A DNA stretch of 32,000 nucleotides, taken from NCBI GenBank assembly GCA_035400625.1, contig DAOMZT010000004.1, positions 35,938 through 67,937 of the forward strand. The letters are read 5' to 3'. The notes beneath the pieces were generated by a model, which did not search any database, had not been told where the DNA came from, and saw only the letters and a program-made list of their open reading frames with translations. Each line of letters opens with the position of its first letter. Position 1 is the first letter of the stretch. Shown here piece after piece: positions 10,033 through 18,006 of this stretch. The translations under genes were made by a program, and so were the position numbers. The stretch is from an archaeon (GTDB lineage: Archaea; Iainarchaeota; Iainarchaeia; Iainarchaeales; CSSED10-239).

Positions 10033-10221
10033 TTATTTCTTCATCTTATATACAATGAAGTAAACTATAGCAGTCAAAATACTAAATAATATTGCTGCGA
10101 TTGTCCAAAGTATTTTTATTTCTACTTTTAACTTTTTGTTATTTGTGAATACATCATATATTACCCAGATTGCACAAATTAATGCAACAACTCCTAATAG
10201 TGTATTTAACAATGATGCCAT
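10033..10221 (-). CDS. small two-helix membrane protein (PLD-nuclease N-terminal domain-like)
   Basis: 62 aa with two hydrophobic helices separated by a basic loop. The pattern AIWVIYDVF...KILWTIAAILFSILTAIVYFIVYK resembles the PLDc_N small membrane domain. The family assignment rests on motif resemblance only. Confidence 0.5.
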   Translation of the reverse strand: MASLLNTLLGVVALICAIWVIYDVFTNNKKLKVEIKILWTIAAILFSILTAIVYFIVYKMKK

Positions 10222-10304
10222 TTTTAAAAAACCCCCTTTATGTTATAATTCTAATATAATTTATTGAAGAATAACGTTTATAAATGGTTTTATTACTAAA
10301 AAAA

Positions 10305-10832
10305 TTATAACTTTAAAAAATAATGATTTAACACAATTTTATTTTTTCTTCTTTTACTTCTTGCTTTTTTTGTAAAAGTAAAACCACATTCTCTTATGTT
10401 TTTCTCTGAAATTTTATTTAATGGGTTTACATTAATTAAGGCGTATTTTAATTTTATTTTTTTGAAATATTCTATTCTTTTATTTATTAGAAACCTCTGC
10501 AAGCCATAACCTCTAAATCTTGGCGAAACAGCAGCAGCTAAAAGAACTGCTGCCTTTTCTATTTGTTTTTCTGTTAAATAGTAATTTTTTGCTTCTTCTT
10601 TATTTATTTGTAATCCCATTCCTGCCCAAGCAACCAATTTATCCTTATAAAAAACAACCCATATCTTTCGACCACAAGACATCATGTTCTTAAGCATTTT
10701 TTTTGTGTGTCTAAAATAGAAATCAGGATTTACTTTTTTATAGATATTTATATCAAATCTGTTTAGTATATCGATATCTTTTTCAGTTGCAAAACGATAG
10801 GTAAATATTTTATCTTTTAGTTTTAATTTCAT
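10305..10832 (-). CDS. GNAT family N-acetyltransferase
   Basis: 175 aa. The acetyl-CoA binding motif A is readable as VSPRFRGYGLQRFLINKRIEY (R-x-x-G-x-G). The N-terminus FTYRFATEKDIDIL is typical of GNATs. Confidence 0.75.
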   Translation of the reverse strand: MKLKLKDKIFTYRFATEKDIDILNRFDINIYKKVNPDFYFRHTKKMLKNMMSCGRKIWVVFYKDKLVAWAGMGLQINKEEAKNYYLTEKQIEKAAVLLAAAVSPRFRGYGLQRFLINKRIEYFKKIKLKYALINVNPLNKISEKNIRECGFTFTKKARSKRRKNKIVLNHYFLKL

Positions 10833-11022
10833 TATTTTTCAATAATTTCTTTTTTAGTTTATTATAATTAAATTCTTTATCTAATACTTGTTTTTAATGG
10901 TCTTAAAATCAAATTTTCTGCTTCTAAAATTTTGGTTTTATATTTATTAATAAATTCTTGATTTTTCATATATTATTTAATTTACAAAGTATTTAAAATT
11001 ACTAATGTTCTTACTATTTACT

Positions 11023-11865
11023 ATGAAAGCAAAAGAAATTTATGAAAGATTAGAAAAAGACTTTATCAAAGGTAAAGGGCTTAGTGATGATTGGAAAGAA
11101 ATTAAAAATTCTAAATATCTTTCTCTTAATTTTAAGAAAAGATCAATGGGTGTTGTCTATGATTTCTCAAAAGAAATAAAGAAAGTATATACAGCAGTTT
11201 TTCCAGATAAATCAATTATCAAGAAAATACTTGCAAAGAAAGAAACAGATATTTTGCTGTTTGTTCATCATCCAATGTCTTGGGATATTACAAAAAAAGA
11301 TGTTTTTACTTCTATTTCTAACAAAGATTTAGAAATATTTAAAAAAAGAAGAATATCGGTGTATAATCTTCATGTTCCATTAGATAACTTTGGAAAATAC
11401 TCAACAGCTAACACTCTTGCAAGGGCAATTGAGGTAAAGGTTGAAACACAATTTGCTCCTTATTTTGGGGCGATGTGTGGCATTATTGGAACAGTAGGTA
11501 CAGATAAAGTTTCAGATTTAAAAAAAACATTAGAAAAAGCAGTTGGGCACAAAGTTAAGCTTTACAAATATGGCTCAGACAAAATCAAAAACAAAAGAAT
11601 TGCCCTAGTTGGTGGTGGAGGAAATAGTCTTGATCTCCTTGAGACAATACCAAAAGGCATTAATCTTTTTATTACTGGTGTTTCTGTAAAAAACGATTAT
11701 GCCAAAAAGTCACATGATTACTTAAAAGAAAAAAAAATCAACCTTCTTGGTGGAACACACTATTCAACAGAAAAATTTGCTTGCATTGCTATGGTTGATT
11801 ATTTTACAAAACTAAGATTGCCTTGCGAGTTTATTGAAGGAAAACCAATGATGGAAGACATGTAA
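11023..11865 (+). CDS. NIF3-family dinuclear metal centre protein (YbgI/GTP cyclohydrolase 1 type 2 homologue)
   Basis: Motifs LLFVHHPMSWD, NLHVPLDN and GGTHYSTEKF match the metal-ligand regions of NIF3 proteins. The track start is ATG 11005; the second ATG at 11023 (MKAKEIYERLEK) gives the usual N-terminus. An A/T-rich TATA-like stretch lies at 10990-11001. Confidence 0.75.
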   Translation: MKAKEIYERLEKDFIKGKGLSDDWKEIKNSKYLSLNFKKRSMGVVYDFSKEIKKVYTAVFPDKSIIKKILAKKETDILLFVHHPMSWDITKKDVFTSISNKDLEIFKKRRISVYNLHVPLDNFGKYSTANTLARAIEVKVETQFAPYFGAMCGIIGTVGTDKVSDLKKTLEKAVGHKVKLYKYGSDKIKNKRIALVGGGGNSLDLLETIPKGINLFITGVSVKNDYAKKSHDYLKEKKINLLGGTHYSTEKFACIAMVDYFTKLRLPCEFIEGKPMMEDM

Positions 11866-11937
11866 ATTAATGCAAAAGACCAGATTTAAAAAACTTATGC
11901 TCTTTCATATTACTATAAATTATAGGGGGGATCATTT

Positions 11938-12819
11938 ATAATTGTTGCTTGCTCTGGAACTGAAAATATCGCAAAGGAAATTGCAAAAAATCTTAATCTT
12001 TCTTTTTCTAAACTTAAAACTACTAAATTCCCAGATGGTGAACTAAATGTTTCTTTTGGTAAGGACCTTAAAGGAGAAAATGTTTTTATTGTACAAAATT
12101 TCCAGAATACAAAAGAAATTAATCTAAATGACAAGATAATGGAAACTCTTTTTGCTATCTATACAGCAAGAGATCTAAAGGCAAAGAAAGTATATCTAAT
12201 AGCAACATATTTCCCTTATTTTAGAGGAGATGCAAGGTTTGAAGAAGGCGGTTGTATCTCAATCAAAGTTATGAATAAACTTTTTGAGGGCTGTGACAAG
12301 ATATTCTGTGTTGACCCACACCTTCATAGAATCAAAAATATAAAAAATGCATTATCTAATGGAATAGAAATCAATCTTGATGAGCCAATAATTGAATATT
12401 TAAAGAAAAAAAAAGTTGTTAATCCGCTTTTTGTAGGGCCAGATATTGAAAGCATACAATGGATTGTTAATGTGGCCAAGGCATTTAATCAAAAACCAGT
12501 GGTTGCTCTAAAAGAAAGAATAAATGCAAGAGAAGTTATAATCTCATTACCAAAGATAAAAACAGCAAAAGGCAGAGACATAGTTATTATTGATGATATA
12601 ATAAGTACAGGCCGTACCATTATTGAAAACATTAAACAACTTAAGAAATATGAACCACGAAAATTCTATGTTGTTGGAATACATGGGCTTTTTACAGAAA
12701 ATGCCTTGCCAAAATTAAAGAAATATGCAACAATTATTTCAACAAACACTCTTAATAACGATGCAGAAAAGATTAATGTTTCTTCTCAGATTGCAAAAAT
12801 AGTAAGGAAAAACATATGA
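11938..12819 (+). CDS. prs: ribose-phosphate pyrophosphokinase (PRPP synthetase); start codon unresolved
   Basis: PRPP-binding loop IVIIDDIISTGRTIIE and the YFPYFRGD region are readable. The conserved N-terminal domain (IIVACSGTENIAKEIAKNL...KFPDGELNVSF...GENVFIVQ) is encoded at 11938-12138, upstream of the first canonical start at 12139. That frame is open from 11926. See the finding on the G6 run. Confidence 0.8.
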   Translation: MIVACSGTENIAKEIAKNLNLSFSKLKTTKFPDGELNVSFGKDLKGENVFIVQNFQNTKEINLNDKIMETLFAIYTARDLKAKKVYLIATYFPYFRGDARFEEGGCISIKVMNKLFEGCDKIFCVDPHLHRIKNIKNALSNGIEINLDEPIIEYLKKKKVVNPLFVGPDIESIQWIVNVAKAFNQKPVVALKERINAREVIISLPKIKTAKGRDIVIIDDIISTGRTIIENIKQLKKYEPRKFYVVGIHGLFTENALPKLKKYATIISTNTLNNDAEKINVSSQIAKIVRKNI

Positions 12820-13259
12820 GCGAAAAATACTTTTTAGCAAGCGATCATGCAGGCTTTGAGCTTAAGGAAAAGATCAAAAAGTATTTGACAACATCAAAAC
12901 TTGATTTTCAAGACTTAGGCCCAAAAACCTACAATCCAGAAGATGACTATAACGACTATGCAAAAAAAGTTGTTAAAAAAGTTAAAAATAACAAAAAACA
13001 TTTTGGAATACTTGTTTGCGGGACTGGACAAGGAATGTCAATACAGGCAAACAGATATTCTGTTGTAAGATGCGCACTTTGCTGGAATAGAGAAATAGCA
13101 AGACAAGCAAAAGAACATCTAAACGCAAACATCATTTCTATGCCTGGAAAATACATAGATATAAAGACAGCAAAAGAAATAATTGATGTTTGGCGAAAAA
13201 CAAAAACTTTAACATTAGAGAAACACAAAAGAAGAATAAACAAATTGGAGATATTATGA
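12816..13259 (+). CDS. rpiB: ribose-5-phosphate isomerase B (RpiB/LacAB family)
   Basis: Motifs ASDHAGFELK, GILVCGTGQGMSIQANR, VRCALCWN and HLNANIISMPG. ATGA start/stop overlap with prs at 12816-12819. Confidence 0.88.
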   Translation: MSEKYFLASDHAGFELKEKIKKYLTTSKLDFQDLGPKTYNPEDDYNDYAKKVVKKVKNNKKHFGILVCGTGQGMSIQANRYSVVRCALCWNREIARQAKEHLNANIISMPGKYIDIKTAKEIIDVWRKTKTLTLEKHKRRINKLEIL

Positions 13260-13888
13260 AACTACAATTGGCACTTGATGTCACTGATAAGAAAAAAGCA
13301 ATAGAGCTTTGTAAAAAGGTTAGTAAATATATAGATGTTATTGAACTTGGAACACCGTTTATCAAGATCTACGGACTAAATGGCTTAGTCAAAGATTTTA
13401 AGAAACTTAAAAAACCAGTTTTAACTGACCTAAAAACTATGGATACTGGTTATTTTGAAGCAGAGCTTGCATTTAAGGCAGGTGCTGATTACTCAACAGT
13501 TTGTGCTTCTGCATATATTGAAACAATAAAAGGCACAATAAAAGCAGCAAAGGACTACAAAAAAAAATCCCTTGTTGACTTGATTGGAACAAAAGACCCT
13601 ATTAAGTCTGCAAAGGAAATTCTTAAGTATAAGCCAGACTACATTGGCATACACTCTGGAATTGATATGCAACAAAAGGGCATAAAGCCTCTTAAGACCT
13701 TAATAAATCTTTCAAAGATAATGGATAGTAAGAAAATCGCAATTGCAGGTGGTATCAATCTTGAAACTATAGAAGAAATTGCAAAATATAAGCCAGGAAT
13801 TATAATTGTTGGCGGAGCAATAACAAATGCTAAAGATCCTGTTGCTGTTGCTAAGAAAATGAAAGAAATAATGGAAAAATATGAGTAA
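13256..13888 (+). CDS. hps: 3-hexulose-6-phosphate synthase (OMP-decarboxylase superfamily)
   Basis: MKLQLALDVTD N-terminus, plus IELGTPFIK, LTDLKTMDTG and IAIAGGINLET. ATG 13256 overlaps the rpiB stop (ATGA) and is preceded by GGAG at 13247-13250. The longer track ORF from 13190 would overlap rpiB and is rejected. Confidence 0.82.
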   Translation: MKLQLALDVTDKKKAIELCKKVSKYIDVIELGTPFIKIYGLNGLVKDFKKLKKPVLTDLKTMDTGYFEAELAFKAGADYSTVCASAYIETIKGTIKAAKDYKKKSLVDLIGTKDPIKSAKEILKYKPDYIGIHSGIDMQQKGIKPLKTLINLSKIMDSKKIAIAGGINLETIEEIAKYKPGIIIVGGAITNAKDPVAVAKKMKEIMEKYE

Positions 13889-14447
13889 AAATATAGATAA
13901 TGTTCTTGAAAGAATAATAAAAGAAATAAAGTTTTCTTTAAAAGACATAAGTGAAATAAAAACAAGCAGATTTCTAGATGAAATCTTAAAGTCAAAGAAG
14001 GTGTTTGTGACAGGGCAGGGCAGAAGTGGCCTAATAGCTGAAAGCTTTGCTATGAGGCTTATGCAAATGGGTATCAAAACCCACTATATAGGAGACAGCA
14101 CAACTCCTGCCATCTCTAAAAATGATTTGCTTGTTGCAATATCTGGCTCTGGCAAAACAGAAATAACAAAAATGATAATAAAGGGAGCAGACAAAGTAAA
14201 TGCAAGGGTTGTTCTTATTACCAATAAAAAAACATCCAAAGAAAAAGCCAAGATAAAAAATACAGACTTGATAATTGAGATCAATGCAAAAGCAAAAACT
14301 GACAAAAACAAGAAATCAATTGAGCCACTTGGAACGCTCTTTGAGCAAGCAAGCCTAGTATATCTTGATGCTGTTATTGTCTTACTTATGAAAAAGCAGA
14401 ATGTTAAAGAAACAGAGCTTGGAAAAAGACATGCAAACTTGGAATAA
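13881..14447 (+). CDS. phi: 6-phospho-3-hexuloisomerase (SIS domain)
   Basis: SIS motifs VFVTGQGRSGLIAESFAMRLMQMG and LLVAISGSGKT. 8-nt overlap with the hps stop. Confidence 0.82.
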   Translation: MSKNIDNVLERIIKEIKFSLKDISEIKTSRFLDEILKSKKVFVTGQGRSGLIAESFAMRLMQMGIKTHYIGDSTTPAISKNDLLVAISGSGKTEITKMIIKGADKVNARVVLITNKKTSKEKAKIKNTDLIIEINAKAKTDKNKKSIEPLGTLFEQASLVYLDAVIVLLMKKQNVKETELGKRHANLE

Positions 14448-14513
14448 ACAATATTTTTATAAGGCTTTTGATTTACATAATAAGTATATTTTGGATTTGG
14501 GGAAACTAAATAA

Positions 14514-15749
14514 ATGAGAACTGTTATTAAAAAAGGCAATATACCTGTAAATAACGACATGCCTAACGAAATTCTTAATAAAGATACATATGTAAAAAAT
14601 GTTCAAACCACAAGAACAAGAACACTAAGACAAACAAAAAATTCTAATTCTGAAATTCTTTTGCCAAAAAAAAAAATTATAAAAACAAAGATTATTAAAG
14701 ACATTAAAACTAAACCAGAACCAAAAAAGATAATTAGAGATCCAGAACTTACTTTTAATAAATCTGTAGATAACCCTATAATTTGCCCAATACCAGAAAA
14801 TAACTGGGAATCCTGGCAAACATTCAATCCTGCAGCAATCTTGATTGATAATAAAGTTCATTTCTTGTATAGGGCCATAGGCGATGATGGGATGTCTAGG
14901 TTTGGATATGCTATGTCAGAAGACGGCTTTACAATTAAAGAAAGGCTTTCTTATCCTGCTTATGAACATGAAATTGTTAAGGGTCCTTATACTCTTGTAA
15001 ACTCACCATCTGGTGGAAGCTGGGGTGGCTGTGAAGACCCAAGGCTTGTTAGGGTTGATAATGAAGATAGGATCTATGTGACTTATACTGCTTGTGATGG
15101 TGGCTTAAGAGTTGGCTTAACCTCAATTAAAGTTTCTGATTTTGTAAACAAAAGATGGAAGTGGAAAAAACCAAAGATTATCTCCCCACCAGGAGAATGC
15201 CATAAAAACTGGTTAATCTTTCCAGAAAAAATAAATGGCAAATATGCAATATTACATAGCATTAATTCAGGCAAAATATTAATAGAGTATTTAGATGATC
15301 TTGAGTTTAAAGACGGGAAAGTCATAAATAGCAAATATCTTCTCACTGAGGTCAGAGTAGATCGCTGGGATAAAAAGGTCAGAGCTGGCGGGCCACCACC
15401 AATCAGAACAAAATATGGCTGGCTATTATTTTATCATGCAGAAGATAAAGACGATCCTGGCAAATATAAGCTTGGAGCAATGATACTTGATATTAATGAT
15501 CCTACAAAGATATTATATCGTTGCAAACAACCAGTGCTTGAACCTAAAGAATATTATGAATATGAAGGGTTTAAGGGAGGGGTTGTTTATGCGCTTGGTT
15601 CTGTTATTAAAGATGGAAAGCTAATTATTTATTATGGTAGTGCAGATAACTATGTTTGTGTTGCCTACACAAAATTAGACTCTTTTTTAGAGGCCTTAAT
15701 CAAAGGAAAGAAAAAGCCTCTTAAACTTAAACTTCTTATGAAAAAATAA
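14514..15749 (+). CDS. GH130-family glycoside phosphorylase/hydrolase with basic low-complexity N-terminal extension
   Basis: From about aa 95: NPIICP...NWESWQTFNPAAILIDNKVHFLYRAIGDDGMSRFGYAMSEDG, GGCEDPRLV, YVTYTA, GGPPPIRTKYGWLLFYH, YKLGAMILDINDPTKIL and IIYYGSADNYVCVA. This is the five-bladed propeller pattern typical of GH130 beta-mannoside phosphorylases. Confidence 0.8.
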   Translation: MRTVIKKGNIPVNNDMPNEILNKDTYVKNVQTTRTRTLRQTKNSNSEILLPKKKIIKTKIIKDIKTKPEPKKIIRDPELTFNKSVDNPIICPIPENNWESWQTFNPAAILIDNKVHFLYRAIGDDGMSRFGYAMSEDGFTIKERLSYPAYEHEIVKGPYTLVNSPSGGSWGGCEDPRLVRVDNEDRIYVTYTACDGGLRVGLTSIKVSDFVNKRWKWKKPKIISPPGECHKNWLIFPEKINGKYAILHSINSGKILIEYLDDLEFKDGKVINSKYLLTEVRVDRWDKKVRAGGPPPIRTKYGWLLFYHAEDKDDPGKYKLGAMILDINDPTKILYRCKQPVLEPKEYYEYEGFKGGVVYALGSVIKDGKLIIYYGSADNYVCVAYTKLDSFLEALIKGKKKPLKLKLLMKK

Positions 15750-15763
15750 CACAGTGAAAAAAT

Positions 15764-17668
15764 ATGATTGTTAAAAGATATGAGAAAAATCCAATTTTAA
15801 AACCAAATAAAAACACATGCTGGGAATCCCATTCAACCTTTAATGGTTGTGCTATAAAGAGAAAATATGAGATGTTTTTACTTTACAGGGCAATGTCATG
15901 TAATGATTTCCATCCTATTAACGAGCAAAAGATGGAGATGTCCTGTATTGGTATAGCAAGAAGCTTTGATGGCTTGCATTTCAAGAATAGAAAAATATTT
16001 ATCTATCCTGAAGAAAGTTTTGATAAATTTGGTTGCGAGGATCCAAGAATCACAAAGCTTGGAGACAAATATTATATTTTCTATACAGCTCTTTCTGAAT
16101 ATCCATTTAAAGCAAGTGGAATAAAGGTTGCTGTTGCTATAACTAAAGATCTTGAAAAGATTGAAGAAAGGCATCTGGTTACGCCATTTAATGCTAAAGC
16201 AATGACTATGTTTCCAGAGAAAATAAATAACAAGATTTGGTGTTTGTTTACACACCATAGTGATTCTCCACCATCAAAGATATGCTTTGCAGTATTTGAT
16301 AAAGAGAAGGATATGTGGTCAAGAGATTACTGGAAAAATTGGTATAACAATCACGAGAAGTTTGTTTTGCCACTTAGAAGAAGAGACAAGGATCATGTAG
16401 AGATTGGTGCTCCACCAATCAAGACAAAGCACGGCTGGTTATTGTTTTATTCTTATATTTTTGATTATTTTTCATCAGATAAAGTGTTTAGTATTGAGGC
16501 TGTTCTTTTAGACCTTAAAGACCCAACAAAGATTATTGCAAGAACCAAAGGACCACTTCTTATTCCTGAAGAATATTATGAAAAATACGGAATGGTTAAT
16601 AATATTGTTTTCCCATCAGGAGCAACAATTAATGGAAATTACATAAATCTTTATTATGGTGCTGCAGACACCACCTGCTGTGTTGCTTTTGTAGATAGCA
16701 AATGCTTGTTTGAACACATGCTTCCTAATCCTTTAGATAATCTTTCATTTAAAAGATCAGAAAAAAACCCAATAATCAAACCAAACAAAAAGAACAAATG
16801 GGAAGCTCGTTCAACTTTTAATCCTGCTGCAATATATCTTGATAACAAAGTGCATATTGTTTATAGAGCAGTATCTGATGATAATGTTTCTACAATGGGC
16901 TATGCTACTTCAAAAGATGGAGTAACTATTGATTATAGAGCTAAAGAACCAATCTATAAGCCAAGAGAAGATTTTGAAATCTCTGGTTGTGAAGATCCAA
17001 GGCTAACACAGATTGGAAAGGACATCTATATGCTTTATACTGCTTATAATGTTAATACAGCACCAAGAGTTGCTTTAACAAAAATATCTGTAAAGGACTT
17101 TATTGCAAACAACTGGGACAAATGGTCAAAACCAATATTAATATCTCCGCCAGGAATAAGCGACAAAGATGCTTGTTTCTTCCCTGAAAAGATTAATGGC
17201 AAATATTATGTTTTACATAGGCTTGAAAACGAAATAGATCTTTGTGCAATTGATGATCTTGAGTTTAAAGGCAAGAACAGATACCTTGAAGAAAACAACT
17301 GGTTAGCACCAAGAAAGGGCTGGTGGGATCATATAAAGGTTGGGGCAGCAGCACCCCCAATTAAAACAAAAGAGGGCTGGATATTATTATATCACGGCAT
17401 TTCTGAAGATCGTTCCTATAATGTAGGAGCAGTTTTACTTGATCTTAATGATCCTACAAAGATACTTGCAAGAAGTGATGAACCATTATTTAGGCCAGAA
17501 AAAGACTATGAAAAACATGGAGATGTTCCAAATGTTGTATTTCCTTGCGGAGCCATTGTAAAAGACAACAAATTATATATCTATTATGGTGGCGGGGACC
17601 TAGTTACTGGTGTTGCCACCATGGATATGGATTTATTACTTAAAAAATTAAAACTTTGCAGGTGTTAA
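15764..17668 (+). CDS. tandem double GH130-domain protein
   Basis: 634 aa. The full GH130 motif set occurs twice: domain 1 spans aa 1 to about 322, and domain 2 runs from about aa 327 to 634 (from about nt 16742). Domain 1 reads EKNPILKP...GCEDPRITK...YTAL...GAPPIKTKHGWLLFY...LLDLKDPTKII...LYYGAADTTCCVA. Domain 2 reads EKNPIIKP...GCEDPRLTQ...YTAY...AAPPIKTKEGWILLYH...LLDLNDPTKIL...IYYGGGDLVTGVA. Confidence 0.8.
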   Translation: MIVKRYEKNPILKPNKNTCWESHSTFNGCAIKRKYEMFLLYRAMSCNDFHPINEQKMEMSCIGIARSFDGLHFKNRKIFIYPEESFDKFGCEDPRITKLGDKYYIFYTALSEYPFKASGIKVAVAITKDLEKIEERHLVTPFNAKAMTMFPEKINNKIWCLFTHHSDSPPSKICFAVFDKEKDMWSRDYWKNWYNNHEKFVLPLRRRDKDHVEIGAPPIKTKHGWLLFYSYIFDYFSSDKVFSIEAVLLDLKDPTKIIARTKGPLLIPEEYYEKYGMVNNIVFPSGATINGNYINLYYGAADTTCCVAFVDSKCLFEHMLPNPLDNLSFKRSEKNPIIKPNKKNKWEARSTFNPAAIYLDNKVHIVYRAVSDDNVSTMGYATSKDGVTIDYRAKEPIYKPREDFEISGCEDPRLTQIGKDIYMLYTAYNVNTAPRVALTKISVKDFIANNWDKWSKPILISPPGISDKDACFFPEKINGKYYVLHRLENEIDLCAIDDLEFKGKNRYLEENNWLAPRKGWWDHIKVGAAAPPIKTKEGWILLYHGISEDRSYNVGAVLLDLNDPTKILARSDEPLFRPEKDYEKHGDVPNVVFPCGAIVKDNKLYIYYGGGDLVTGVATMDMDLLLKKLKLCRC

Positions 17669-17673
17669 ATTAC

Positions 17674-18006
17674 ATGATAGAAACAAAAAGGCCTTGGGGT
17701 AAATTTTTAACATTTGCAAAAAACAAAAAATGCACAGTTAAGATATTAGAGGTTAATCCTGGAGAATCCCTAAGCCTACAAAAGCACAAGCTTAGAGAAG
17801 AACATTGGTATTTTCTGGATTCTGGTTTTGCCCAAATTGGTAAAACAAAAAAAAAGATTGCAGCAGGCAAGAAGATAATAATTAAGAAAAACCAAGAGCA
17901 TAGGCTTTTGGCCGGAAAGAACAAAACAAGAGTTCTAGAAATTTCTTTTGGACATTTTTCTGAAAAAGACGAGGTTAGGTTAGAAGATAAATATGCAAGA
18001 AAATAA
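17674..18006 (+). CDS. stand-alone cupin, type II mannose-6-phosphate isomerase-like (ManC C-terminal domain type)
   Basis: RPWGKF...KILEVNPGESLSLQKHKLREEHWYFLDSG matches the cupin core of type II PMI / ManC C-terminal domains. The track start at 17656 is TTG and overlaps the upstream stop; ATG 17674 (MIETKRPWG) is preferred. Confidence 0.7.
   Translation: MIETKRPWGKFLTFAKNKKCTVKILEVNPGESLSLQKHKLREEHWYFLDSGFAQIGKTKKKIAAGKKIIIKKNQEHRLLAGKNKTRVLEISFGHFSEKDEVRLEDKYARK

Noticed and set aside
10877-10969. 30-aa minus-strand mini-ORF MKNQEFINKYKTKILEAENLILRPLKTSIR upstream of the GNAT gene
   Set aside because: The LILRPL segment resembles the N-terminus of RimJ/RimL-type acetyltransferases and could be a gene remnant. 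However, it is very short, joining it to the GNAT ORF would need at least two frame changes, and the annotated GNAT already has a normal N-terminus.
11913-12134. Minus-strand ORF of 73 aa
   Set aside because: It overlaps the plus-strand region that encodes the conserved N-terminal domain of PRPP synthetase (FPDGE motif), so the plus-strand reading is clearly the real one.
12956-14560. Minus-strand ORFs 12956-13243, 13138-13365, 13493-13675, 13639-13995, 13712-14077 and 14084-14560, plus the 13190-13255 5' extension of the hps ORF
   Set aside because: All are antisense to, or out of frame with, the well-supported rpiB-hps-phi genes. The 13190 start would overlap rpiB by 70 nt, whereas ATG 13256 gives the canonical MKLQLALD N-terminus with an ATGA overlap and a GGAG upstream.
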